Assembly (NCBI RefSeq): GCF_000284115.1
Contig: NC_017080.1
Location: 3,240,001-3,272,000, forward strand
Length of the DNA stretch: 32,000 nt
Reading direction: 5' to 3'
Source: Phycisphaera mikurensis NBRC 102666
GTDB taxonomy: Bacteria > Planctomycetota > Phycisphaerae > Phycisphaerales > Phycisphaeraceae
The notes below the pieces were generated by a model, which saw only the letters and a list, made by a program, of their open reading frames with translations, was not told the origin of the DNA and did no database searches. Numbering within the stretch: position 1 is the stretch's first letter; every line of letters starts with the position of its first letter. The position numbers and the translations under genes were made by a program. Below are positions 8,162 to 16,373 of this stretch, piece after piece.

Positions 8162-9535
8162 ATGAATCGGACGCTGCCCACCCGCCCCCTCGCGCTCGCC
8201 GCCGCTCTCGCGGCTGTTTCCCCCGCCCTCGCCCACGGCCAAGCGACCGCGGCCAGCGAGGCCGAGATCCTTCGGCTGCAGGCCGAGGTCGCCGCGATGC
8301 GGGCCGAGATGGACGCGATGAAGGCCGGTGACGCCACGTGGATGGACGCGGACCGCGAGGCGCAGACCCGCCGCGTCGTGGAGGAGGCGATCGCCGAGGC
8401 GGACGTCACCGCCGGCAACACGGGCGCCGGTGGCGCGGTGGAGGGCGGCATGTCGGCCGGCTACAACGGCAAGAAGTTCGTGCTCGAGGGCGAGGGCTAC
8501 ACCATGGAGATCGGCGGGCAGCTGCAGTTCCGCTACGCCTTCAACCGCGACGCCGGCCGCGACGCGGGCACCGGCGACGCGTCCGACCTCGACGGCTTCG
8601 AGATGCGGCGGACCAAGCTCGGCTTCGAGGGCACGCTGCTCGACCCCGACCTGGAGTACACGCTGGTCTTCGCCGCCCCGCGCAACGGGGGCGACTTCTT
8701 CATCGAGGACGCCATCATCGGCTACACCTTCGAGAACGGCGTGGGCCTCCAGGCCGGCCTCTTCAAGCTGCCCTTCGCCTTCGAGGAGCTGCTGTCCAGC
8801 AAGCGGCAGCTCGCGGCGGACCGCGGCCTGTCCACCGAGTTCTTCACGCTCAACCGCGCCGAGCAGGTGCAGCTCTCGGTCCCGGTCGCGGACGTGGCGA
8901 AGACCTACCTCAGCTTCAGCGACGGCGGCAACCGCGCCAACACCGGGGCGCTGAACGACGCCACCGACTACGCCCTCACCGGCCGCGCCCAGTTCCGCCT
9001 CGCCGGGGACTGGGGCCAGGTGAAGGACCTCGTCGCCTTCGAGGACGAGTTCGCGCTCTTCGCCGGCGTGGCGGGCCACGTCGAGAAGGCCAAGGACCAG
9101 GGCGGCCTCGACGGCGACACCACCTTCGCGTACACCGGCGACGCGGTGATGAAGGTGCAGAACCTCGCGCTGATGGGCGCCTTCTACGGCGCCAGCGCCG
9201 ACGACGCCGACCTCAATCAGCTCGGCTTCCTCGCGCAGGCCGGCTACAACCTGACCGAGAAGCTGCAGCCCTTCGCCCGCTACGACTTCGTGGACAACGA
9301 CGTCACCGACGTCTCGGCCGTCACCGCCGGCTTCAACTACTTCTTCAACGGCCACAAAGCCAAGTTCACGCTGGACGGGATCTACGTGATCGAGCCCGAC
9401 GGCGACGTCGACGCGGGCGCCCTGGGCGGCCTCAACGGCGGCACCTACTCCAGCGGCCTGGGCCTCGACGACGACGGGCTCAACGGCGACGACTCGATGT
9501 TCGCGGTGCGGGCACAGTTCCAGCTGCTGTTCTAA
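8162..9535 (+). CDS. Putative phosphate-selective porin (OprO/OprP-like) with an N-terminal coiled coil
   Basis: Signal peptide 'LALAAALAAVSPALAHG', coiled coil 'EAEILRLQAEVAAMRAEMDAMKA', then a beta-strand pattern rich in aromatic/Gly/Asp residues ending 'FAVRAQFQLLF'. It lies immediately upstream of phoB-phoR-phoU. Confidence 0.6.
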   Translation: MNRTLPTRPLALAAALAAVSPALAHGQATAASEAEILRLQAEVAAMRAEMDAMKAGDATWMDADREAQTRRVVEEAIAEADVTAGNTGAGGAVEGGMSAGYNGKKFVLEGEGYTMEIGGQLQFRYAFNRDAGRDAGTGDASDLDGFEMRRTKLGFEGTLLDPDLEYTLVFAAPRNGGDFFIEDAIIGYTFENGVGLQAGLFKLPFAFEELLSSKRQLAADRGLSTEFFTLNRAEQVQLSVPVADVAKTYLSFSDGGNRANTGALNDATDYALTGRAQFRLAGDWGQVKDLVAFEDEFALFAGVAGHVEKAKDQGGLDGDTTFAYTGDAVMKVQNLALMGAFYGASADDADLNQLGFLAQAGYNLTEKLQPFARYDFVDNDVTDVSAVTAGFNYFFNGHKAKFTLDGIYVIEPDGDVDAGALGGLNGGTYSSGLGLDDDGLNGDDSMFAVRAQFQLLF

Positions 9536-9740
9536 GGAGGACGCGACCGCAAGCGAGCGAAGCCGGGAGGCCCGAAGACGCGGAGCGTCGGGCAAGGTGC
9601 GGCGGCGACGCCGGCCGCCCCGTGTCCCGGATCCCGGATCCCGCCACCCGCACGACGCTCCGCTCGGCTCTTCAGGGGCTTGCCCCCCAGTCCCCGGCGT
9701 CTTCCCCACCGGAACACGCCGCATTTTCCAGAGCGACGCC

Positions 9741-10442
9741 ATGTCCGATCCCGCCCCCGCCCGCATCCTTCTCGTCGAGGACGAGCTCGACCTGCTCGAG
9801 CTCCTCCGCTTCAACCTCGAGCGGGAGGGGTACGACGTGGTGGCGGCCCAGACCGGCGCCGCGGCGCTCGCCGCCGCCCGGGCCGAAGCCCTCGATCTCG
9901 TCCTGCTCGACCGCATGCTCCCGGGCATGGAGGGCCTGGAGATCTGCCGCACGCTGCGCAAGCGCACCGAGACGGCGCGGGTGCCGATCATCATGCTCAC
10001 CGCCAAGGGCGAGGAGGCCGACGTCGTCAAGGGGCTCGAGGCCGGGGCGGACGACTACGTCACCAAGCCGTTCTCGCCGCGGGTGCTGCTCGCGCGGATC
10101 CGCGCGGTGCTCCGCCGGGGCGAGGCGGGGGAGAACGATCCCGCCAAGCTCAGCGCCGGCGGGGTGAGCCTCGACCGCGAGCGGCACGCGGTGACGGCCG
10201 ACGGCGAGCCGGTGGACCTGACGGCGACGGAGTTCAAGCTGCTGGCGCTGCTGCTGTCGCGGCCCGGACGCGTCTTCACGCGTCAGCAGATCATCGAGCG
10301 CATCCACGAAGGCTTCGCCGCCGTCACCGACCGTAGCGTGGACGTGCAGGTCGTCGCCCTGCGACGGAAGCTGCTCTCGCGCGGCGATCGGCTCGAGACG
10401 GTCCGCGGGGTGGGCTATCGCTTCGCAGAAGACCGAGACTGA
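9741..10442 (+). CDS. phoB: OmpR/PhoB-family response regulator
   Basis: The receiver domain has 'ILLVEDE', 'LVLLDRMLPGMEG' and 'DDYVTKPF'. The winged-helix output has 'LTATEFKLLALLLSRPGRVFTRQQI...TVRGVGYRF'. The phoR/phoU context supports the call. Confidence 0.85.
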   Translation: MSDPAPARILLVEDELDLLELLRFNLEREGYDVVAAQTGAAALAAARAEALDLVLLDRMLPGMEGLEICRTLRKRTETARVPIIMLTAKGEEADVVKGLEAGADDYVTKPFSPRVLLARIRAVLRRGEAGENDPAKLSAGGVSLDRERHAVTADGEPVDLTATEFKLLALLLSRPGRVFTRQQIIERIHEGFAAVTDRSVDVQVVALRRKLLSRGDRLETVRGVGYRFAEDRD

Positions 10443-10444
10443 CC

Positions 10445-11869
10445 GTGGCCAGCCCTTCTTCGCCGATCATCGCCGTTGCGACCCCGTTCCTCGCGGCGGC
10501 AGTCGCCGCGGGCGGGCTGCTCCTGCTCGCCGCCGCGGCGGCGCTCGTCGCTTCGCTGCTTGGGCGCCTCGGGGAGGCGCGGCGCCAGGCGGCGGACGCC
10601 GCCGCCGAGGCGGCGCGGCTGCGCGACCGGCTCGGCAGCGAGAGCCTGCGGCGGGCCGAGGCCGACGCGACGCTGGCCTCGATGAGCGACGCGATGATCG
10701 CCGTCGACACCGGCGGCGCGGTGCTGCGGATCAACCGCTCCGCCGGCCGCCTGCTGCTGGTCGCTCCCGACGCCGCCCGCGGCCGGCCGCTGACCGAGGT
10801 GGCGCGCGACCCGGCCATCTCCGCCCTCTTCGCCGACACGCTCGACCGCCGCGCGGTCGACGACCGCGAGCTCAAGCTGGCGGTGGCCGACCAGCCGCTG
10901 GACCGGCCCCGCCGCCTGTCCGCCCGCACCGCGGTGCTGCACGACGAGGCCGGCGCCCGCATCGGCGCGATTGCGGTGCTGCGTGACGTGACCGAGCTGC
11001 GGCGGCTCGAGGGCGTCCGCAAGGACTTCGTCGCCAACGTGTCGCACGAACTCAAGACGCCGATCGCCGCGATGAAGGCCGCCGTGGAGACGCTGCTCGA
11101 CGGCGCCGACGAAACGCCCGCCGACCGGCTCCGCTTCCTGCGGATGGCCGCGCGCCAGGCCGAGCGGCTCGACGCCATCATCGAGGACCTCCTGACGCTC
11201 GCCCGCCTCGAGGGCTCGCCCCGGCGGCTCGAGCTCGCCGCCGAGTGGGTCGGTCCGATCCTCGCGGCCGCCGCGGACGCCTGCGCTCCCGCGGCCGAGG
11301 AAGCGGGCGTGCGCGTGGTCGTGAACTGCGAGCCGGGCCTGCTCGCGCTGGTGCAGCCCAACCTCGCCGAGCAGGCGGTCGTGAACCTCCTCGACAACGC
11401 CATCAAGTACGGCCCCGCCGGCGGCACCGTCCGCGTCGACGCCGGCCCCGGCGCCTCCCCCGGGTCCACCGCGATCCGCGTCCACAACGGCGGCCCGGGC
11501 ATCCCCGAGGACCACCTCGCCCGCCTCTTCGAGCGGTTCTACCGGGTCGATCCCTCGCGTAGCCGATCCGGCGGCGGCACGGGCCTGGGCCTGTCGATCG
11601 TGCGGCACGTGGCGGAGGCGTGCGGCGGCGGCGTGGCGGTGGCCTCGCCCCCGGGCGAAGGCACCACCTTTACCCTCACCCTCCTGGGCCCCCCGGAGCC
11701 CGCGGGCGCAGAGGAAGCCGCGGTGGCGAAGAAGACCGATCCAGGAGGCGAAGCGCCGCGGGACGAGCCGGCCGCGCCGGCCAGAGCGCGCCTTGGTTCC
11801 CTCGCCTCCCTGCTGACGCCCTCCATCGTTCTCGTGCTCGCTCTCCCCTTCCCCACCGACCTCCTATGA
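10445..11869 (+). CDS. phoR: PhoR-like sensor histidine kinase (TM, PAS, HisKA, HATPase_c) with a C-terminal extension
   Basis: H-box 'FVANVSHELKTPIAAM', N-box 'LLDNAIKYG', G-boxes 'GGPGIPEDHL' and 'GTGLGLSIVRH'. A PAS-like segment lies upstream. The GTG start is 2 nt after the phoB stop, and the stop overlaps the phoU ATG (ATGA). Confidence 0.8.
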   Translation: MASPSSPIIAVATPFLAAAVAAGGLLLLAAAAALVASLLGRLGEARRQAADAAAEAARLRDRLGSESLRRAEADATLASMSDAMIAVDTGGAVLRINRSAGRLLLVAPDAARGRPLTEVARDPAISALFADTLDRRAVDDRELKLAVADQPLDRPRRLSARTAVLHDEAGARIGAIAVLRDVTELRRLEGVRKDFVANVSHELKTPIAAMKAAVETLLDGADETPADRLRFLRMAARQAERLDAIIEDLLTLARLEGSPRRLELAAEWVGPILAAAADACAPAAEEAGVRVVVNCEPGLLALVQPNLAEQAVVNLLDNAIKYGPAGGTVRVDAGPGASPGSTAIRVHNGGPGIPEDHLARLFERFYRVDPSRSRSGGGTGLGLSIVRHVAEACGGGVAVASPPGEGTTFTLTLLGPPEPAGAEEAAVAKKTDPGGEAPRDEPAAPARARLGSLASLLTPSIVLVLALPFPTDLL

Positions 11870-12588
11870 GCGTTTTCCTCCAGAAACAGATCGACAAGCT
11901 GAAGAAGCAGGTCCTCGAGATCGGTGCCTGCTGCGAGGAGGCGCTGCGGGACGCCGTGGTGTCCGTGCTCGAGCGGGACCCCGACCTTGCCGAGCGCGTC
12001 ATCGCGCGCGACACGCGGATCGACCTGCTCGAGGTCGAGCTCGAGGAGGAGTGCCTGCACACCCTCGCGCTCCACCAGCCCGTCGCGTTCGACCTCCGCT
12101 ACGTCGTCGCCGTCCTCAAGATCAACAACGACCTCGAACGCATCGGCGACCACGCCAAGAGCATCGCCCAGCAGGCGATCTTCCTGTGCGACGAGCCCGC
12201 GATCGACCGGCCGCCCTTCGATCTCCGCGAGATGAGCGGCGTCACCGCGAAGATGCTGCGCAGCGCCCTGGATGCGTTGGTCGGCCTCGACGTCGACGAG
12301 GCGAAGGCGGTCCGCAAGCTCGACAAGACGGTCGATCGCATCAACGCCGCGATGTACGACGACGTCATCGCCGCCATGCGGAAGTCGCCTGAGCACATGG
12401 AGCAGCTGGTTCACTTCATGAACATCTCGCGGCAGCTCGAGCGAACCGCCGACCACGCCTGCAACGTCGCCAAGGACGTGCGGTACATGGCCGAGGGCGA
12501 GATCTTCCGGCACATGCGGAAGCGGCGGCAGGCCGCCGAGCAGGCCGAAGCGATCGCTGCGGCGGAAGCGGATCCGGCGGAAGACTGA
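11866..12588 (+). CDS. phoU: Phosphate signalling complex protein PhoU
   Basis: There are two PhoU repeats: 'RDTRIDLLEVELEEECLHTLALHQPVAFDLRYVVAVLKINNDLERIGDHA' and 'DKTVDRINAAMYDDV...FMNISRQLERTADHACNVA'. Confidence 0.9.
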   Translation: MSVFLQKQIDKLKKQVLEIGACCEEALRDAVVSVLERDPDLAERVIARDTRIDLLEVELEEECLHTLALHQPVAFDLRYVVAVLKINNDLERIGDHAKSIAQQAIFLCDEPAIDRPPFDLREMSGVTAKMLRSALDALVGLDVDEAKAVRKLDKTVDRINAAMYDDVIAAMRKSPEHMEQLVHFMNISRQLERTADHACNVAKDVRYMAEGEIFRHMRKRRQAAEQAEAIAAAEADPAED

Positions 12589-12742
12589 GCGGCCCCGAGG
12601 GCGGCGCCGGCGACGCGCCGCCCGGCCGCGGAGGGGAGGAACGCGCGACGGAGAAGCCACGCGCTTCCCGCAGCGTCCGCCTGCGCGCCCGCGGCGCTTC
12701 CGGACCCGCCCCGGCCGCGACGACGCTCGCGACTCGCAGAAA

Positions 12743-12792
12743 AGCCGCGGACCGTGGGCGTTCTCGACGAAAACACGCCACCGTCCGCGGCT
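12743..12792 (+). terminator. Strong GC hairpin downstream of phoU (possible U-tract-less terminator)
   Basis: agccgcggaccgtgggcgt (12743-12761) pairs with acgccaccgtccgcggct (12775-12792), with one bulge and one mismatch. The loop is 13 nt. No T-run follows. Confidence 0.3.
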
Positions 12793-12842
12793 CGGTCGCG
12801 GGCGCCGCACGGACACCCCGCAAGCGACCGCCGGCACGCCGC

Positions 12843-12870
12843 TTGACCCGCGGCGGCGACGAGGTATGAT
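12843..12870 (+). promoter_or_regulatory. Near-consensus sigma70-type promoter for the PEP-CTERM gene
   Basis: TTGACC (12843-12848), a 16-nt spacer, then TATGAT (12865-12870). It sits at the edge of the only markedly AT-rich stretch of the window. GGAG at 12911-12914 lies 8 nt before the ATG at 12923. Confidence 0.5.
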
Positions 12871-12878
12871 ACAAAAGC

Positions 12879-12903
12879 TGTTACACATTGTGCATTTGTC
12901 ACA
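12879..12903. promoter_or_regulatory. 25-bp dyad-symmetric candidate operator just downstream of the -10 element
   Basis: TGTTACACAT-N5-ATTTGTCACA. The outer 10 nt of each half match their reverse complement at 8 of 10 positions, and each end is itself a TGT-N-ACA unit. Confidence 0.35.
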
Positions 12904-12922
12904 TCCTTTCGGAGACCTGGAA

Positions 12923-13744
12923 ATGAAGATCGTCCCCACCACCCCCGCCCTCCTGCTCGCCGCCGCCACCGCCGTGCCCGCCGCGGCGGCCCCGGTGACG
13001 CTGGGTGACTTCACCCGCCTCGGAGCCGACACCGACGCCACCGTCTCGTTCAGCGGCAACACCGGCGGGACGGTGGCTTACAACGCCAACGGCGAGCCGC
13101 GGGTGGACGTCGGCATCGTGTCGTCGCTTACCGAGGCGGCCACCTTCACGCAGGTCGGCGACAAGATCACCTTCAGCGGCACCTACGACAGCATCACCAC
13201 GAGTGCTTCTTCGAACAACGCGTTTTACAACGGCTTCCTGTTCAACAGCGTCGCGGCGCCGCGCAACGGGAGCGGCGAGGTGCTGAAGGTCAACCTGGGC
13301 TACGGCTCCGACAGCGCCGGCGACGCCCGCTTCACGAGGATCGGCAACAACAGCGCCTTCGCCGGCGGCAGCGCCTTCGCCGGCGAGGTCATCTTCGAGG
13401 ACGACCAGAAGTTCGCCACGGGCAATGCGGTCGATTTCGTCTACACCCTCGAGCTGACGGGCATCGGGGCGGGCACCTCGGCTTCCTTCGACTACCAGTT
13501 CACCGCGGAGTTCGCCGCGACGGCGACGTCGGGTGCCGCCTCGATCACGGCGGCCGTCAACGGCGTGGGCACCGACACCGTCACCGCCGTGTACGCGGCG
13601 ACCAACAACGGCAGCTTCTTCAACCCGAACGACACGTGGACGCTCGGCAACGCCGCGGTCGACTTCACCCCCGTTCCCGAGCCCGCCTCGGCGCTCCTCC
13701 TCGCCGCCGGCGGCCTGGTGATGCTGCGTCGCCGCTCCGCCTGA
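12923..13744 (+). CDS. PEP-CTERM sorting-domain protein (secreted/surface, function unknown)
   Basis: Signal peptide 'MKIVPTTPALLLAAATAVPAAAAP'. The C-terminus 'VPEPASALLLAAGGLVMLRRRSA' is a PEP motif, a TM helix and a basic tail. The body is Gly/Ala/Thr/Asn-rich. Confidence 0.8.
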   Translation: MKIVPTTPALLLAAATAVPAAAAPVTLGDFTRLGADTDATVSFSGNTGGTVAYNANGEPRVDVGIVSSLTEAATFTQVGDKITFSGTYDSITTSASSNNAFYNGFLFNSVAAPRNGSGEVLKVNLGYGSDSAGDARFTRIGNNSAFAGGSAFAGEVIFEDDQKFATGNAVDFVYTLELTGIGAGTSASFDYQFTAEFAATATSGAASITAAVNGVGTDTVTAVYAATNNGSFFNPNDTWTLGNAAVDFTPVPEPASALLLAAGGLVMLRRRSA

Positions 13745-13787
13745 GCGTCGCGGCCTGCCGCGGCCGGACCGGCAAGACCCAGATCGC

Positions 13788-13820
13788 AAGAGGGGCCGTC
13801 TTCCGGGGGCGGCCCTTCTT
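13788..13820 (+). terminator. Hairpin after the PEP-CTERM gene (possible terminator)
   Basis: aagaggggccg (13788-13798) pairs with cggcccttctt (13810-13820), including one G-U pair. The loop is 11 nt. The hairpin starts 44 nt after the stop. Confidence 0.35.
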
Positions 13821-14001
13821 CATGCGCGGGGAAGCCGGAACACAGCAGGCGGCGCCGGACCTCTTCGCGTCCCGCCCCCCGCGGGGCAGGTCGGCGACCC
13901 ACCCCGCGGACCGGAGCCGCGACGCCCCGGCCGACCGCGACGCGTTCCGCACGCCCGGGGGCCGCTTCTCGCCACCACTTCCGCCGCTCCGACGATCCGG
14001 C

Positions 14002-14187
14002 TCACGCCGGCTCGGCGTGGCGCTCGGGCCTGGAATCCGGCACCGGATCCGGCTCCGGTGCGTGCTGCGGCTCCGGCCGCGCGGCCTCCGGGCGCGGGTC
14101 GCCGGCCGGCGTGACGAGAAGCCCGGACACGCCGGCGGCGAGGAGCAGCGCGCTTCCGGAGAGCTCCCGGAGCGGTGGGAGGTGCAT
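14002..14187 (-). CDS. Possible 61-aa single-TM small protein, translationally coupled to the upstream gene
   Basis: The ATG (14187-14185) overlaps the upstream TGA by 1 nt (TGATG), the same junction used between the two preceding genes. There is a hydrophobic segment 'SGSALLLAAGVSGLLV' followed by a Pro/Glu-rich tail. Chance ORFs are common at this GC content. Confidence 0.3.
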   Translation of the reverse strand: MHLPPLRELSGSALLLAAGVSGLLVTPAGDPRPEAARPEPQHAPEPDPVPDSRPERHAEPA

Positions 14188-16373
14188 CACTCGGTGGGAG
14201 CCCGCTGGCTGCCGGAGGCCGCGAGGGGGAAGACGTCCTCGTAGAAGGGCGTCGCGGCGGCGTGGTCGGCGGGGTCGTCGCTGAAGACGACGACGGCGTG
14301 GCCGTGCGGCGGAAGCTCGAAGCCGAGGTCGACGGCGCCGCCCTCCGCCCGCCGCGTCTCCGCCCCGGCGGCGTCCTCCCGCTGCACCGAGGCGAGCGCG
14401 TGCGCCGTCGCCGCGGTGGCGGCGTAGGCCTGCGGCCGATCGGTGAGGTTGTGGACGAGCCGGAACGCCCGCCCCGCTTCGGCGACCTCCAGCACGGCGA
14501 AGCGGTCGTCGCCCGGCAGGAGGTTCTCGGCGCGGTCAGCCGCGGGCCAGCCGGCGTGGTGAGACTCGAGGATCGCCCAGCGGGTGCTGCCGCCCGTGTA
14601 CGCCGTCCGCTCCTCCGCGGGGAGCGCCGCCTGGTCCGACAGCGTCAGCTGCACGGCGAAGTCGTCCGCGGGGCTGCCGGTGATGCCGAAGCGCTCGACG
14701 GAGACGAGCCCGCCGAAGGAGGAACCGCGGACCGCGAGCCGCAGGTCGCCGAAGGACCAGCGGTCCGCGGCGGTCTCCACGAAGTCGCGCCGCTCCCCGC
14801 TGACTTTCCGCCGGCCGGACGTCAGCATCACGCGGGCATCGGTGCCGTAGGCGTCGGTGTCCTCGTCCGCCCGCAGCTGCACGAGGCCGACCACCCGCTG
14901 CGGCGTCATCAGCCAGAGCTGCCGGCCGGTCCAGGGGATGCCGGGACCCCAGGGCCCATCCGCCCGCGACGAGGTGCGCTCCGACAGCGTGTAGGCGGTG
15001 GCGAGGGAGCCGAAGCCCGGGCGGGCCAGGGTGGCGGTCTCCTCGTCCTGCGCAAGAAAGCGGTGCTTCCTGCCGCGGGCGCGGTCGGTCTCCTCGCCGC
15101 GGGCGTGGCGGACGCGGACGGTGACCGCGTCCAGCGCCGCGTGCAGCGAGCCGTTGCGCAGCATCGGGCCGGTGAGGAAGGCCCCCACGAAGGTGCCCTT
15201 GCCGCACATCGCACCCTCCACGCCGGCCGGCTCCCCGGGGTGCTCGGGCGGCCGCACCTGCGGGTCGCGGCCCACGCCCACGAAGCCCCACGAGCCGAAC
15301 CGGCCGCGGGGGCCGGCGATCGACCGGTCGTGCACCACGAAGCCGTCGGGCGGAGCCAGCGGCTCGACCCCCGGGCGGAAGTGGATGGCTTGGAGCAGCG
15401 TGTACTCCGGGTGCGGCTCCGCCTCCACCTCCTGGCCGAAGAAGCGGTTGAGGCGATCGCCGAAGAGGTGGCTCTTGAGCAGCGCCGCGTGCCGGCCGCG
15501 GATGCCGTTGTAGCTGTGCTTGTAGGCGATGGAGGACGACTGCTCCTGGAAGCCGCTGGGCTCCACCGACAGCGGGACGTGCGGGAGCGTCGCTTCCATC
15601 GCGGCGTGCATCGTCGGCGAGCCCGAGAGCGTCCACCACCACGCCATCGCGGCGATGCTCACGTTGTGGTAGGTCGGGCATTCGGGGTGGAAGCCCACGT
15701 AGTGCGTGCCGCCGTCGCCGGTGACGGCGCGGGTCATGAGGCCGTCGAGGGCGGCGGCGGTCGCCCGCCGGACCTCCGCGTCGCCGAGCGCGACGCCGGC
15801 GAAGTGAGCCCCGAGCGTGAGGCGGATGTCGCCGTTGAGCCAGAGGTCGGCGAGCAGGCCCCCGCCGCGGAAGAGGGTCGCGCGGTCCTCGAGCACGAAG
15901 TCGGCGTGGGCCCGGGCCCCCGCGTCCCAGGCCTCCGCCACGCCGGCGACCGCCTCGGGGCGGTGCCGCTTGAGCAAGGCGTACGCGTACATCGTCTGGA
16001 AGACGCCGCTGATGTCGTTGAGCCGCTCGCCCGCGGCGTGCGCGTCGAAGCGCAGCCCCAGGAGTCGAAGCAGCCGGTCGAGCACCGCGTCGTCGCCGAG
16101 CCGCGGGCTCTGCGGGTGCAGGAAGGCGTACGCGGCGAGCAGGATCTCGTCGCCCTCCTTGAAGCCCCGGCCCGTGGCCTCGGCGTCCCCCGCTCGGACG
16201 CCGTCGAACACCCGCGCGAAGTGCGGGGCTTCGGCGTTCAGCGGCGGGAAGGCCAGCACGTCGCGGCCGGGCGCGGGCTCGAAGCGGGCGTGGGCGGGCA
16301 GCACGGAACCCAGCGCCGCGACGGCGAGGATCACGAGCCCGAGCGTGCGGGGGCGGCGTTGCTTCGGCTTCAT
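14187..16373 (-). CDS. Secreted 728-aa protein of unknown family (helix-rich N-half, beta-rich C-half; lyase/hydrolase-like architecture inferred only)
   Basis: Signal peptide 'MKPKQRRPRTLGLVILAVAALGSVLPAHA'. The start overlaps the upstream stop (TGATG at 16375-16371). Third-position GC bias is consistent throughout. I recognise no family motif. Confidence 0.7.
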   Translation of the reverse strand: MKPKQRRPRTLGLVILAVAALGSVLPAHARFEPAPGRDVLAFPPLNAEAPHFARVFDGVRAGDAEATGRGFKEGDEILLAAYAFLHPQSPRLGDDAVLDRLLRLLGLRFDAHAAGERLNDISGVFQTMYAYALLKRHRPEAVAGVAEAWDAGARAHADFVLEDRATLFRGGGLLADLWLNGDIRLTLGAHFAGVALGDAEVRRATAAALDGLMTRAVTGDGGTHYVGFHPECPTYHNVSIAAMAWWWTLSGSPTMHAAMEATLPHVPLSVEPSGFQEQSSSIAYKHSYNGIRGRHAALLKSHLFGDRLNRFFGQEVEAEPHPEYTLLQAIHFRPGVEPLAPPDGFVVHDRSIAGPRGRFGSWGFVGVGRDPQVRPPEHPGEPAGVEGAMCGKGTFVGAFLTGPMLRNGSLHAALDAVTVRVRHARGEETDRARGRKHRFLAQDEETATLARPGFGSLATAYTLSERTSSRADGPWGPGIPWTGRQLWLMTPQRVVGLVQLRADEDTDAYGTDARVMLTSGRRKVSGERRDFVETAADRWSFGDLRLAVRGSSFGGLVSVERFGITGSPADDFAVQLTLSDQAALPAEERTAYTGGSTRWAILESHHAGWPAADRAENLLPGDDRFAVLEVAEAGRAFRLVHNLTDRPQAYAATAATAHALASVQREDAAGAETRRAEGGAVDLGFELPPHGHAVVVFSDDPADHAAATPFYEDVFPLAASGSQRAPTE

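Noticed and set aside
9533-9540. Perfect Shine-Dalgarno-like TAAGGAGG immediately after the porin stop codon
   Set aside because: No ATG, GTG or TTG lies within a plausible 4-12 nt downstream. The next supported start (phoB, 9741) is 200 nt away. It is probably coincidental.
8144-10030. 628-aa minus-strand ORF and 609-aa plus ORF (8338-10167) over the porin and phoB genes
   Set aside because: The translations are off-frame and low-complexity. The porin and phoB frames have a signal peptide and receiver motifs respectively.
12866-12922. Upstream in-frame ATG (12866) extending the PEP-CTERM protein by 19 aa (MIQKLLHIVHLSHPFGDLE)
   Set aside because: It lies inside the -10 element and operator region, it would bury the signal peptide, and the ATG at 12923 has a GGAG at proper spacing.
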